Below are positions 16,366 through 25,353 of a DNA stretch of 64,000 nt, piece after piece. Within the stretch, counting starts at the first letter, position 1. The number at the start of each line of letters is the position of its first letter. The notes beneath the pieces were generated by a model. It did not search any database, had not been told where the DNA came from, and saw only the letters and a program-made list of their open reading frames with translations. The translations under genes and the position numbers were made by a program. Origin of the DNA: Kiritimatiellia bacterium (GTDB taxonomy: Bacteria > Verrucomicrobiota > Kiritimatiellia > RFP12 > UBA1067); contig JAFRSR010000142.1 of the NCBI GenBank assembly GCA_017427485.1, positions 1,862-65,861 of the forward strand, in the 5' to 3' direction.

Positions 16366-19300
16366 ATGAAAGCAAAGGCATTCGTTTCTTGTTTTGTGGC
16401 GGCGATGGCGGCGGGCGCGTTCGCGGCGGACGCCTATATCGAGGGCGACGGCACGCAGGCGATCGTCACGGACTACTATCCGAACCCCGCGACGAAGATT
16501 GTGGCGGACTACGCCTACACGGCGACGACGCCAACGCAGATGGCCGTGTTCGGCTGCGAGGGCAACCTCGTCGTCCGCCACTACATCAACGGCAGCGGCG
16601 GCTACGCGTTCGCGTTCAGGGATTCGAGCGGCGACTGGCTTCCCGTAGTCCCCTCTGGACAGCTCACGGTGACGACCGACCGGCGGACGTTCGTGCTGGA
16701 CGGCCCGAACAAGACGGCGACGCTTTACACGGACGGCGAAGTGACCGCCACGCGCGCGACGGCCACCGCCACGAAGACGGCCAGCATGCCGCTCGCCATC
16801 TTCGCCTACACCTCCTCGTGGTACCTCAGCGGGCAGTCCGGCTGCGCCAAGCTGCGCCTCTACTCGCTCGCCATCTACGAGAACGACGCCATCGTCCACT
16901 ACTACAAGCCCTACCGTTCCATCGACGGGAAGTTCTCGGGCCTGAAGGACCTTTGCACGGGGAAGATACTGATCGACTACCTCAGCTTCGCGCCGTTCGC
17001 GTGCGGCGGCGACATTTCGGACGATCCGACATGGGATCTCGACGGCGTGGCGCAGCCCGCGTACAACACGCCGACCTACGTTGACGACACCGGCGACGAT
17101 CTCGTGATCGACGCGCCGCTCGGCGCATGGGTGCTGGAAACGCCCATCAGCACGACGAAGCGCACGGTGAAGACGGGGCGCGGCGCGGTGGTGCTGCCGA
17201 ACGGCAACACGTTCGGCGACGAGTTCGCCGTCACCAACGGATTCGTGGCGGCGGACTACGCGGCGAGCGGACTTTCGTCGACGCACATCACCCTCTTCGG
17301 CACGAACAACATGTTCCCCGGCATGCTCGTGCCGTTCGGCAGCACGTTCACGGCGCCCGTGGCCGCGAGCGGCGCGGGCACGATCAGGATCACCGGCTGG
17401 GCCGGCTTCAGGCCGTTCGACGCCGACCTCACGGTGAACCTCGGCGGCGACGGACGGCTGCTGACGAACGGAGAGGACGGCTTCACGCCCACCGAGTTCG
17501 ACCTCTGCTGGTCGCGGCACCACACCCTGACGTTCGAGAACGACCTCGCGCTGAACGCGCGGTCGTTCATCCTCAAGAACAGCCTGATGTCGAATCAGAA
17601 GCCGATGTACCTCACGGGCCGGATCACGGACACGTATCCCACCGGCAACGGGTCGGACATCAAGTACTACGACGGCCCGGCCGTGTTCGTGGGGCGGGAG
17701 GGGCGCGTGGACATCGAGGGCCTGCGCGGCTGGTTGATGTACAGCGGGTCGCAGTATTTCTCCAACATCACGTTCCGCGCGCGCAAGGACGTCAATTTCG
17801 GCGGAGGCGCCGCCTTGGCCGTCGCGACGTTCAAGGACTGCGACAAGTGGGGCACGGACGCCTGGGACTTCATCAACGGAAATCCGGGCACGATGTTGAC
17901 CGTCGACGGCGGACGCTGGTCGTCGCCGCTTCGCTTCAACATTGGCTATACGACGGCCGGTAAAACGGGAACGCTCATCATCACGAACGACGCGCAGTTC
18001 AGCTTGTCGTGTCTCCGCCAGAACAGCGGCGTCATCAACATGTATTCCGGCATGTTCGCGATCACCAATTCCGGCGACAACAGCGATTCCGCCATCGGCA
18101 GGCGCGGAGACAACAACGAGCAGGCGCCCCTTTCCTCCTCCGCCGATTCCGTGTTCAACCTCTACGGCGGCACGCTGCGCGTGCGCGACGGTATCAACTT
18201 CCAGATCGGGGGAACGCACAGGGGAACGCTCAACCAGACGAGCGGAACGTTCAGCGCGAACGCTTGGATGTGCGTGGGGCGGTATGCGGCCGGCAACGGC
18301 CTCTACAACCTCCATGGGGGCGAGTACGTCAGGCGCGGGGACGGCTATTCGGACGTCATCGTGGGCGAGCTCGGCACGGGCGTCGTCTCCGTGGCGAACG
18401 GCGGCGTGTTCTCCGGCCGGGCGACGGCCGGCGTGCGGATCGGGCAGAACGCGGGCTCCATGGGCGCGTTCATCGTCTCGCCGGACGGCACCGTGACGAC
18501 GCGCAAGTTCTACGGCGGAAGCGGCGCGGGTTCGCTCGTCTTCAACGGCGGCACGGTGAAGGCATACGACGCGAGCGCCTCTTCGGCGTTCATCGCGAGT
18601 GACCTCGCCCGCGCCACGGTCACGCACTACGGCGGCACGTTCGACACGGACGGGAAGGGCGACTTCACGTTCGCCAAGCCGCTCCTGGCCGCCGCAAACG
18701 CGAACGAGGTTTCCGAGACGCTGGCGCACCGCTGGACGTTCGACGGAGCATCGCTCGCCGATCCGCTCGGCGGCGCCGACGCGACGACGGTGGGCAACGT
18801 GACGTGGACGAACGGCGCGATCCGCCTGACCGGCGGCGCGAACGGCTCCAGCCAGGTCAACCTGGGCACGGACATTTTCCCGAAGGACGGGCGCGGCGCG
18901 ACGATCGAGATGTGGGTGACGCTGAAGGCGTTTTCCAAGTGGGCGCGTCTCGTGGAGTGCGGCTACTCGAGGGGCGAGGGTGCGAACACGAACTTCTTCA
19001 TCTCCGCCAACGTCGGGTCGTCGACGAATCCGTGGCGGTTCAGAGTCGGGTTTGTCGGCGAAATCACCGCCACGCACGTGATGCAGATGAACCGCATGTA
19101 CCATGTGGCGGCCACGTTCGACCCGCGGCCGGACGGACGCTGGATCTGCCGCGCCGCGCTGCACGACCCCGCGACGGGCGCGCTGATCGACGAGCTCGTC
19201 TACACCTCCGCTGTCGGATGGAAGTTCCAGAACATGCGCTTCAATGACGGGTGCTGGCTCGGTCATTCGTCGTATGACGCCGACAATGACCCGAACGCAG

Positions 19301-19947
19301 AGTACCACGACATTCGCATCCACCACCGCGCGCTGACGGAGGCGCAGCTCACGGCGAGCGCCACGAACGGACCCGCATACCGCTTCGCGTTCCGCAAGAA
19401 GGGCACGGGCATGCTCACGCTCACGGGCGCGAGCACATACAAGGCGGACACGGCGGTGGACGGCGGCGCGCTGAAGCTCGCCTCGGGCGCGACGCTGCCC
19501 GCGACGGGAATGTCCGTGGCCAGTGGCGCGACGCTCGACCTGAACGGTGCGACGCAGGCGGCGGAGCGGCTGGAGGGCGCGGGCACGGTGAAGGGCGGTA
19601 CGCTCGCCGTGGCGGGTCCGATCCTGCCGGGCGGCGAAGGGACGATCGGCACGCTCACGGTGGACGGTACGGCGCTCACGTCCGGCACGCTCGTCGTCGA
19701 TGCGGCGTCGGACGGCACGTGCGACTGCCTGGCGTCGACGGGCGCGCTCGACCTCTCGCACCTCTCGTTCGCGCTGGGCGAGGGCTCTTCGCTCGACGAG
19801 ACGAAGATCTACACCGTCGCCACGGCGCCGAGTTTCACGGGCGCATTCTCAGACGCGGAGCTGCCGAACTTCAAGTGGCGCCTCGTCGTTGTCGGCACGA
19901 AGGCCAAGCTCGTCTACTCCAACGGCACGGCCGTGATTTTTAGGTAA
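16366..19947 (+). CDS. giant secreted beta-helix / LamG protein, paralogue of 6011-9874
   Basis: Signal peptide MKAKAFVSCFVAAMAAGAFA. It is colinear with 6011-9874, including the LamG block HRWTF...IEMWVTLKAF...WLGHSSY...YHDIRIHHRALT and the PATR repeat KKGTGMLTLTGASTYKADTAVDGGALKL. It ends ...NGTAVIFR. ATG 16366 is preferred over the listed 16276. Confidence 0.8.
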   Translation: MKAKAFVSCFVAAMAAGAFAADAYIEGDGTQAIVTDYYPNPATKIVADYAYTATTPTQMAVFGCEGNLVVRHYINGSGGYAFAFRDSSGDWLPVVPSGQLTVTTDRRTFVLDGPNKTATLYTDGEVTATRATATATKTASMPLAIFAYTSSWYLSGQSGCAKLRLYSLAIYENDAIVHYYKPYRSIDGKFSGLKDLCTGKILIDYLSFAPFACGGDISDDPTWDLDGVAQPAYNTPTYVDDTGDDLVIDAPLGAWVLETPISTTKRTVKTGRGAVVLPNGNTFGDEFAVTNGFVAADYAASGLSSTHITLFGTNNMFPGMLVPFGSTFTAPVAASGAGTIRITGWAGFRPFDADLTVNLGGDGRLLTNGEDGFTPTEFDLCWSRHHTLTFENDLALNARSFILKNSLMSNQKPMYLTGRITDTYPTGNGSDIKYYDGPAVFVGREGRVDIEGLRGWLMYSGSQYFSNITFRARKDVNFGGGAALAVATFKDCDKWGTDAWDFINGNPGTMLTVDGGRWSSPLRFNIGYTTAGKTGTLIITNDAQFSLSCLRQNSGVINMYSGMFAITNSGDNSDSAIGRRGDNNEQAPLSSSADSVFNLYGGTLRVRDGINFQIGGTHRGTLNQTSGTFSANAWMCVGRYAAGNGLYNLHGGEYVRRGDGYSDVIVGELGTGVVSVANGGVFSGRATAGVRIGQNAGSMGAFIVSPDGTVTTRKFYGGSGAGSLVFNGGTVKAYDASASSAFIASDLARATVTHYGGTFDTDGKGDFTFAKPLLAAANANEVSETLAHRWTFDGASLADPLGGADATTVGNVTWTNGAIRLTGGANGSSQVNLGTDIFPKDGRGATIEMWVTLKAFSKWARLVECGYSRGEGANTNFFISANVGSSTNPWRFRVGFVGEITATHVMQMNRMYHVAATFDPRPDGRWICRAALHDPATGALIDELVYTSAVGWKFQNMRFNDGCWLGHSSYDADNDPNAEYHDIRIHHRALTEAQLTASATNGPAYRFAFRKKGTGMLTLTGASTYKADTAVDGGALKLASGATLPATGMSVASGATLDLNGATQAAERLEGAGTVKGGTLAVAGPILPGGEGTIGTLTVDGTALTSGTLVVDAASDGTCDCLASTGALDLSHLSFALGEGSSLDETKIYTVATAPSFTGAFSDAELPNFKWRLVVVGTKAKLVYSNGTAVIFR

Positions 19948-19955
19948 GGATTGAC

Positions 19956-21290
19956 ATGAAGCTCATTATCACCATCGCCGGGCTCGGCGGATTCCTCTAC
20001 GGCGTCGACTTCGGCGTGATTGCCGCGGCCGAGCCGTACATGAAGGCGATGGGCGTCTATACGGACGGCCAGATCAGCCACATCGTCGGCGCGGTGCTGC
20101 TCGGCGGTTTGGTTTCCTCCATCACGGCGGGCTGGTTGAGCAATTTCTTCGGGCGCAAGAAGATGATCGTCGCCTCGGCCGCGATGTTCCTCATCGCGAT
20201 TCCCGTCGTGAGTCTGTCTCTCGGCTCGTATCTAGCCCTTTACGCCGGACGCGTTCTGCAGGGCATGAGCGCCGGATACATGGCCGTCGTGATGCCGATG
20301 TACCTCACCGAGACGCTGCCGCCGGCGATTCGCGGGCGCGGCACGGGCGTGTTCCAGTTCTGTCTCGGACTCGGTCTCGTGGTCGCCGCTGGCGCGGGGT
20401 GCCTCGTCGCGACTTGGTATGGCGCGTCCGACACGGCCGACGCCGCCGGACGCGTCGCCGCCTGGGGCGCGAACTTCTGGTGGACGATGCTGCCCGTCGC
20501 GGTGCTGTTTCTGGGGAGCCTGAAGTTGCCCGAGAGCCCGGTGTGGCTTTCTCGTGGTTCGCGGCTCGCGGTTCGTGATTCGTGTGATGACACGACCCAC
20601 GACCTACGAACCACGAACCACGAACCACGAACCACGCTTCTCCAGCGGCGTTACGTGGTGCCGTTCCTGCTGGCCTGCCTCGTGCTCACGTTCAACAAGA
20701 CGACGGGGATGAGTTCGTTCACGAGCTATCTCGTGACGATCCTCCACAGCGCCGGTTTCGAGGGCATCTTCGCCAACTGGGGACAGCTCGCGGTGAAGCT
20801 CACGAACATGCTCGTGACGCTCGCGGCCGCCGCGCTCGTGGACCGCAAGGGGCGCACGTGGCTCTTGAAAGTGGGTACGGGCGGCATGACGATCGGCCTT
20901 GCGGCCATCGGAGGCGTGTTTCTCGCCATCGAGCGCTTCGGCGTGCATGCGAATAACTTCACGGGGCTTCTCACGCTCTTCTCGTTCTTCTTCATGCAGG
21001 TGTTCTATGCGCTCGGCCCGGGGCTCTGCGTGTGGCTCGTGCTTTCCGAGCTGATGCCGCACAGGATCCGCGCGAACGGCATGGCGATCGCGCTTTTCAT
21101 GAACCAGCTCGTCGCGTGGGGGCTCGCCTCCTGGTTCCGTCCGTGGGTGGCCGCGTGGGGCTGGTCCTCGATGTTCTTCTTCTTCGCCGTGAACGGCGTC
21201 TTGTACTTCATCACCGTGCTCTTCATCCCCGAGACGAAGGGCAAGTCGCTAGATGAGCTGGAGACCCTTTTCGAAAAAACAAAGAACTAG
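19956..21290 (+). CDS. MFS sugar-porter family transporter
   Basis: Multiple hydrophobic segments. Sugar-porter motifs PESPVWL and PETKGKSLDELE. Confidence 0.8.
   Translation: MKLIITIAGLGGFLYGVDFGVIAAAEPYMKAMGVYTDGQISHIVGAVLLGGLVSSITAGWLSNFFGRKKMIVASAAMFLIAIPVVSLSLGSYLALYAGRVLQGMSAGYMAVVMPMYLTETLPPAIRGRGTGVFQFCLGLGLVVAAGAGCLVATWYGASDTADAAGRVAAWGANFWWTMLPVAVLFLGSLKLPESPVWLSRGSRLAVRDSCDDTTHDLRTTNHEPRTTLLQRRYVVPFLLACLVLTFNKTTGMSSFTSYLVTILHSAGFEGIFANWGQLAVKLTNMLVTLAAAALVDRKGRTWLLKVGTGGMTIGLAAIGGVFLAIERFGVHANNFTGLLTLFSFFFMQVFYALGPGLCVWLVLSELMPHRIRANGMAIALFMNQLVAWGLASWFRPWVAAWGWSSMFFFFAVNGVLYFITVLFIPETKGKSLDELETLFEKTKN
20553..20636 (+). repeat. 84-nt inverted array of CGTGGTT-type heptads inside the MFS coding sequence
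   Basis: Five forward units (cgtggtt cgcggct cgcggtt cgtgatt cgtgtga) are followed by seven inverted units (...acgaacc acgaacc acgaacc acgaacc acg). Twelve units of 7 nt give 84 nt, or 28 codons. The array encodes the central loop RGSRLAVRDSCDDTTHDLRTTNHEPRTT. Confidence 0.85.
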
Positions 21291-21306
21291 AAAGTTGAGG
21301 TACTAC

Positions 21307-23601
21307 ATGTCGTCTGTCCATCGTCGTCCGTCCTGCATCCTTCGTCTTCTGTCCTCCGTCCTCTGTCCTCTCATCGCCCTAGGAACATTCTCGGCAACCG
21401 CCTTGCAGATCGTGTTGCCGCCCGAATGCGGCGAGAAGGCGCATTGGATCGCCGCGCAGGAGCTGTCGCGCTACTGGCAGGAAATCTGCGGCGAGCGGCT
21501 GGCGATCGTTCCCGCCGCGACGTCGGGCGAGAAGGCGATCCGCTTCGCCGCGTTGCCGCCGACGAAGGATGGGTACGACGCGTACCGGATGAAGTCGGAC
21601 GCGGCCGGACTGGAGCTCGCCGCCGTCAACGGACGCAGCGCGCTCTACGCCGTATACGACTTCCTCGAGCGGCGCGGCGGCTGCCGTTGGTTCTGGGACG
21701 GCGACGTGGTGCCGAAGGGGCCTGCGCCGGACATCACGGGCCTCGACGTGCTTGAACACTCCTCCTTCGAGTTCCGCGGCCTCCGCTACTTCGCGCACCG
21801 CGGCCTCACGCGCTTCCAGGCGGAGCACTGGGGCCTCGAGGACTGGAAGCGCGAGATCAACTGGTGCGTCAAGCGCCGCCTCAACCTCATCATGCCGCGC
21901 ATCGGCATGGACGACGCGTTCCAGAAGGCGTATCCCGATGTCGTTGATTATCCTGACCCTGCCAAGCCCCTCCCCGAGGCGATGCCAGGTTACGACAACC
22001 GCTCGCTCTTCTGGTCCCTCCAGTTCCGCGGCCTCCTGCGCAAGTCCGTGTTTGACTACGCCTTCGACCGCGGCGTGATGGTGCCCGAGGACTTCGGCAC
22101 GATGAGCCACTGGTACTCCCGCACGCCGTACCAGTTCCTCGACACTGTTAAGCCGGACTTCCTGCCGCAGGAGGGCGGGTGCTACGGACACCCCACGGAC
22201 CGCGTGTGGGACGTGCGCGAGGACAAGTGGCTCGACGCCTACTGGAAGCTCACCGAGGCGTCCATCTCCGCCTACGGAAAGCCCGACCTCCTCCACACGA
22301 TCGGCCTCGGCGAGCGCCTCTGCTACAAGGATCGCGCAGCCAACCTGCGCCTGAAGGTGGACGTCCTGAAGCGCCTGATCGCGAAGGCGAAATCCCATTA
22401 CCCCGACAGCCGCATCCTCCTCGCCGGCTGGGACTTCTACCTCACCTGGCACCCGGAAGAGGTCTCCGGGCTTCTCAAGGAGCTCGACCCCAAGTCCACC
22501 ATCATCTGGGACTACGAGGTGGACGCCGTGAGCAACGACCTGCTCGGCAACAAGATCAAGGGCGCGAACAACTTCACGCGCTGGGACGTGATCGGCAAGT
22601 TCCCCTACACGTTCGGACTCTTCATCGCCTACGAGAAGGCGCTCGACGTCCGCGCCAACTACCCGCTCATTCTCGAACGCCAGCGCGCGATCGCCGGCGA
22701 CCCGTTCTGCAAGGGGTACATCTTCTGGCCCGAGTCGTCGCACACGGACATCCTTCTCCTGCGCTACTTCACCGCCAACGCCTGGCGGGCGGACAAGATG
22801 GATGTTGACGCTATCCTGTCCGAGTTCTGCCACGACCGCTACGGCAAGCAGGCGGATGCCTTCGCCGCGATCTGGAAGGACGTGATCCCGCTCGCGCGTC
22901 TGCTCGGCTGGGGCGGCGGATGCATCACGGACGCCGTGGACGGTTGTCCGAAGCGCAACGACCCCGCCGCCTGGAAGAAGTCGTTCCCCGCCGAACTCGC
23001 CTGCACGCCGCGTCTCTTTGAGGCGCTCGCCGCACTTGACTGGGAAGGGGACTTCGTCCGCCGCGACGCCGTGGACCTCGCCCGCACGGCCGCTGACCGT
23101 CTCATTTCCGCCGCGCGCGGCAAGCTGCTTTCCACCTACCACGGTTGGAAGGCAGGCAAGGCGTCCGCCGCAGATGTCAAGAAAACCGCCGACGCCTACG
23201 TCGCCCTCGGGCGCGCCTTTGCCGATCTTCTCGCGCTCCACACGGACTACTCGCTCTACGAATCCTATCTGCGGCTCGACGCGGTGGAGAAGATCCGCAA
23301 CCCGGACTTCGAGCACGTGCTCTACGACAACGCCTCGTGCGGCTACTGCCGTTCGCACCAGTACGAGGTCGCGCGGCATTGGGCCGTGCCCGCAATGACG
23401 GATCTCGCGAACATGCTCGCGGAGCGCGCCGCGGCGGGCGATAAGTCGCCCATTCCGCCACTCAACCAGGACCGCTACCGCGTGCGGAGCCTCCATCGGC
23501 CGCTCGCCGAGATGCGCCCCGCGCTCCCGCGCACGCCGGAGAACTGGCGCCGCGTGCTCGGCGACCTCTCGGCCGCGGCGCGCTTCTTCACGACCCGCTG
23601 A
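21307..23601 (+). CDS. secreted glycoside hydrolase, distantly alpha-N-acetylglucosaminidase (GH89/NAGLU)-like
   Basis: N-terminal signal-like segment. YAVYDFLERRGGCRWFWDGD. WGLEDWKREINWCVKRRLNLIM and ILLAGWDFYLTW resemble the NAGLU TIM-barrel layout. The family call is tentative. Confidence 0.4.
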   Translation: MSSVHRRPSCILRLLSSVLCPLIALGTFSATALQIVLPPECGEKAHWIAAQELSRYWQEICGERLAIVPAATSGEKAIRFAALPPTKDGYDAYRMKSDAAGLELAAVNGRSALYAVYDFLERRGGCRWFWDGDVVPKGPAPDITGLDVLEHSSFEFRGLRYFAHRGLTRFQAEHWGLEDWKREINWCVKRRLNLIMPRIGMDDAFQKAYPDVVDYPDPAKPLPEAMPGYDNRSLFWSLQFRGLLRKSVFDYAFDRGVMVPEDFGTMSHWYSRTPYQFLDTVKPDFLPQEGGCYGHPTDRVWDVREDKWLDAYWKLTEASISAYGKPDLLHTIGLGERLCYKDRAANLRLKVDVLKRLIAKAKSHYPDSRILLAGWDFYLTWHPEEVSGLLKELDPKSTIIWDYEVDAVSNDLLGNKIKGANNFTRWDVIGKFPYTFGLFIAYEKALDVRANYPLILERQRAIAGDPFCKGYIFWPESSHTDILLLRYFTANAWRADKMDVDAILSEFCHDRYGKQADAFAAIWKDVIPLARLLGWGGGCITDAVDGCPKRNDPAAWKKSFPAELACTPRLFEALAALDWEGDFVRRDAVDLARTAADRLISAARGKLLSTYHGWKAGKASAADVKKTADAYVALGRAFADLLALHTDYSLYESYLRLDAVEKIRNPDFEHVLYDNASCGYCRSHQYEVARHWAVPAMTDLANMLAERAAAGDKSPIPPLNQDRYRVRSLHRPLAEMRPALPRTPENWRRVLGDLSAAARFFTTR
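21311..21373 (+). repeat. direct array of nine 7-nt units (CCTCTGT type) encoding the N-terminus of the glycosidase
   Basis: cgtctgt ccatcgt cgtccgt cctgcat ccttcgt cttctgt cctccgt cctctgt cctctca. It is the reverse complement of the GGACAGA units at 38174 and 49848. The 63 nt equal 21 codons. Confidence 0.8.
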
Positions 23602-23604
23602 GGC

Positions 23605-25083
23605 TCACCCGAGGTACGCGCCCTGTTTCTTGAGCGTGTCCACCAGCGTCGCCGCGTCAAGCGCGCGCGGCGCCACGGTGTTCTTCACGCACAGAGCGGC
23701 CGCCGTGCCGGCCGCCTGCCCCATCGCCATCACGGGCGGCATCACGCGCACCGCGCCGGCGGCCTCGCTCGTCGCCGAGAGGCAGCGCCCCGCGACGAGC
23801 AGGCCGTCCACGGCCTTCGGCACGAGGCAGCGGTACGGCACGCCGTACCAGTTGCCGTTCTTCACGGTCACGTACTGGTTGCTCATGGGGCCAAAGCGTC
23901 CGTGGATGTCCACGGAGTTCGCGGCCAGCAGGATCGAATCTGCCGGCACGCGTCCCTCCAGGCAGTCGTCGACCGTGAGACGGTATTCGCCGAAGATGTG
24001 GCGCGACTCGCGCACGCCGACCGTCGAGCCCGTGCAGAGGAGGCGCGCATCGGCGCAGCCCGGCACGTACTTCTTGAAGAAGCGGAAGATCTGGTCCACC
24101 TGCGCGCGTCCGGCGGATTCCGCCGCGCTCCAGCTTTCGGGATCGGTGGAGTTGACGCCCATGATGCGCGAGGTGTTGATGAACCACTCGTCCTCCTTCA
24201 CGCCGCGGAAGAGGCCGATCGAGACGCGCTTGAGGTTCCAGTCGCCGGCGGCGCGCGCCTCCGCGACGCGCCAGTGGAGCGAGCGGTAGTTGACGCCGTC
24301 CTTGCGGTAGAAGTTGTCCTTGTTCGCCTCGATGTCCGCCGTGATGGCCTTGAGGTCGCAGTTGCCGATGCGGAAGAACATCGTCGCGGGCTGCACGCGC
24401 TTGCCCTGCGGGTCGCCGAACTCCGTCGGCACGCCCGCGCGGAACGCGACGTCGCCGTCGCCCGTCGCGTCAATCACCACCTTCGCGCGCACGTCGCGGA
24501 AACCGGCCTTCGTGAAGAGCGTCGCGCCCGCGACGCGCGTCCCGTCCATGAGCGGCTTCACGAAGTCCGCGTGGAAGAGAACCTTCACGCCGGCCTCCGC
24601 GCACATCTCGTCGAGGAGGAGCTTCAGCGCCTCCGGTTCGAATGGCGTGCAGTGGTCGTGTCCGACCTTGATCCAGCTCGTGAACGCCGTGCCGGCGCGG
24701 CAGTCCTTCGGGTGGATCGCGCCGCCGCGCGCGACGAGGCGCTCGACGATCTCGTTGAAGAGACCGCGGATGATCTGCACGGAGCCCGTCTTGTCGTAGC
24801 ACGTCATGAACGGCCCCACGAGGCCGCGCGTCGCCATGCCGCCAAGGCAGTTCCCGCGCTCCACCACCAGCACGCGTGCGCCGTTCCGCGCGGCGGCAAT
24901 GGCGGCGCACGCGCCGGCCGGCCCGCCCCCCGCCACCAGCACGTCAACATCCCCACTGGGAGAACGGACATCTTGTCCGTTGCAACTGGGAGAACGGGCG
25001 TCTTGTCCGTTCCCGGCCGTCGCCGCGCCCACCACGGCGGCCAGCGACGCGCTTTTCAAGAAACCTCTTCTGTTGCATTCCAT
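23605..25083 (-). CDS. Tat-signal FAD-dependent oxidoreductase
   Basis: Twin-arginine motif NRRGFLKSASLAAVVGAATAG. Dinucleotide-binding fold DVLVAGGGPAGACAAIAAARNGARVLVVER. Confidence 0.75.
   Translation of the reverse strand: MECNRRGFLKSASLAAVVGAATAGNGQDARSPSCNGQDVRSPSGDVDVLVAGGGPAGACAAIAAARNGARVLVVERGNCLGGMATRGLVGPFMTCYDKTGSVQIIRGLFNEIVERLVARGGAIHPKDCRAGTAFTSWIKVGHDHCTPFEPEALKLLLDEMCAEAGVKVLFHADFVKPLMDGTRVAGATLFTKAGFRDVRAKVVIDATGDGDVAFRAGVPTEFGDPQGKRVQPATMFFRIGNCDLKAITADIEANKDNFYRKDGVNYRSLHWRVAEARAAGDWNLKRVSIGLFRGVKEDEWFINTSRIMGVNSTDPESWSAAESAGRAQVDQIFRFFKKYVPGCADARLLCTGSTVGVRESRHIFGEYRLTVDDCLEGRVPADSILLAANSVDIHGRFGPMSNQYVTVKNGNWYGVPYRCLVPKAVDGLLVAGRCLSATSEAAGAVRVMPPVMAMGQAAGTAAALCVKNTVAPRALDAATLVDTLKKQGAYLG
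24955..25014. repeat. 2 x 30-nt hairpin elements in frame inside the FAD oxidoreductase gene
   Basis: actgggagaacggacatcttgtccgttgca and actgggagaacgggcgtcttgtccgttccc, each with stem aacgg(a/g)c/gtccgtt. They encode NGQDARSPSC and NGQDVRSPSG between the Tat signal and the Rossmann fold. Confidence 0.9.
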
Positions 25084-25146
25084 TGTCTTGTTCCTTCCTT
25101 TGGACGAAGATTGTCCTTCGCGCAGGATTTCTCCCGTCGGCAGTCA

Positions 25147-25155
25147 TTTTAGCAA
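25147..25155 (-). promoter_or_regulatory. extended -10 box (TGCTAAAAT) for the FAD oxidoreductase gene
   Basis: The minus strand reads tttgctaaaatgactgcc, followed by an about 60-nt leader with the SD aaggaagg before ATG 25083. Confidence 0.35.
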
Positions 25156-25272
25156 ACCCCCTGCGTACGGTCAATTTCGGTTCTTGCCGTGCCAACAGAA
25201 TCTTGGTAATATGTCTTTTGCTGAAAAAGGAAAAACTGGCAACAAGTAAAATTTTCAAGGAGACAAGTCAAT

Positions 25273-25329
25273 GACAGGCGACACGCGACATGCGACAGGC
25301 GGGACGATGGACACGCGACATGCGACAGG
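25273..25329. repeat. TGTCGC-heptad repeat copy, reverse orientation
   Basis: gacaggcgacacgcgacatgcgacaggcgggacgatggacacgcgacatgcgacagg belongs to the same heptad family as 864-950, 1161-1223 and 2075-2137. Confidence 0.8.
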
Positions 25330-25353
25330 TTGCTCTCTGAAAGGAGTTGCTTT

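Noticed and set aside
16246-19761. 1171-aa minus-strand ORF opposite the giant gene 16366-19947
   Set aside because: It is a shadow frame of a high-GC gene. The translation is dominated by R, A, V, G and E with no signal peptide or domains. The plus-strand frame has a signal peptide, LamG/PATR motifs and a paralogue.
6011-19947. Diversity-generating retroelement (template/variable repeat) acting on the lectin-fold proteins
   Set aside because: There is no reverse transcriptase gene in the window and no pair of ~100-nt repeats differing specifically at adenines. The paralogue similarity is ordinary divergence.
24625-24640. ggttcgaat, a tRNA T-loop-like string
   Set aside because: It lies inside the FAD oxidoreductase coding frame, and no acceptor or anticodon stem can be drawn around it. 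No tRNA genes were found in any spacer.
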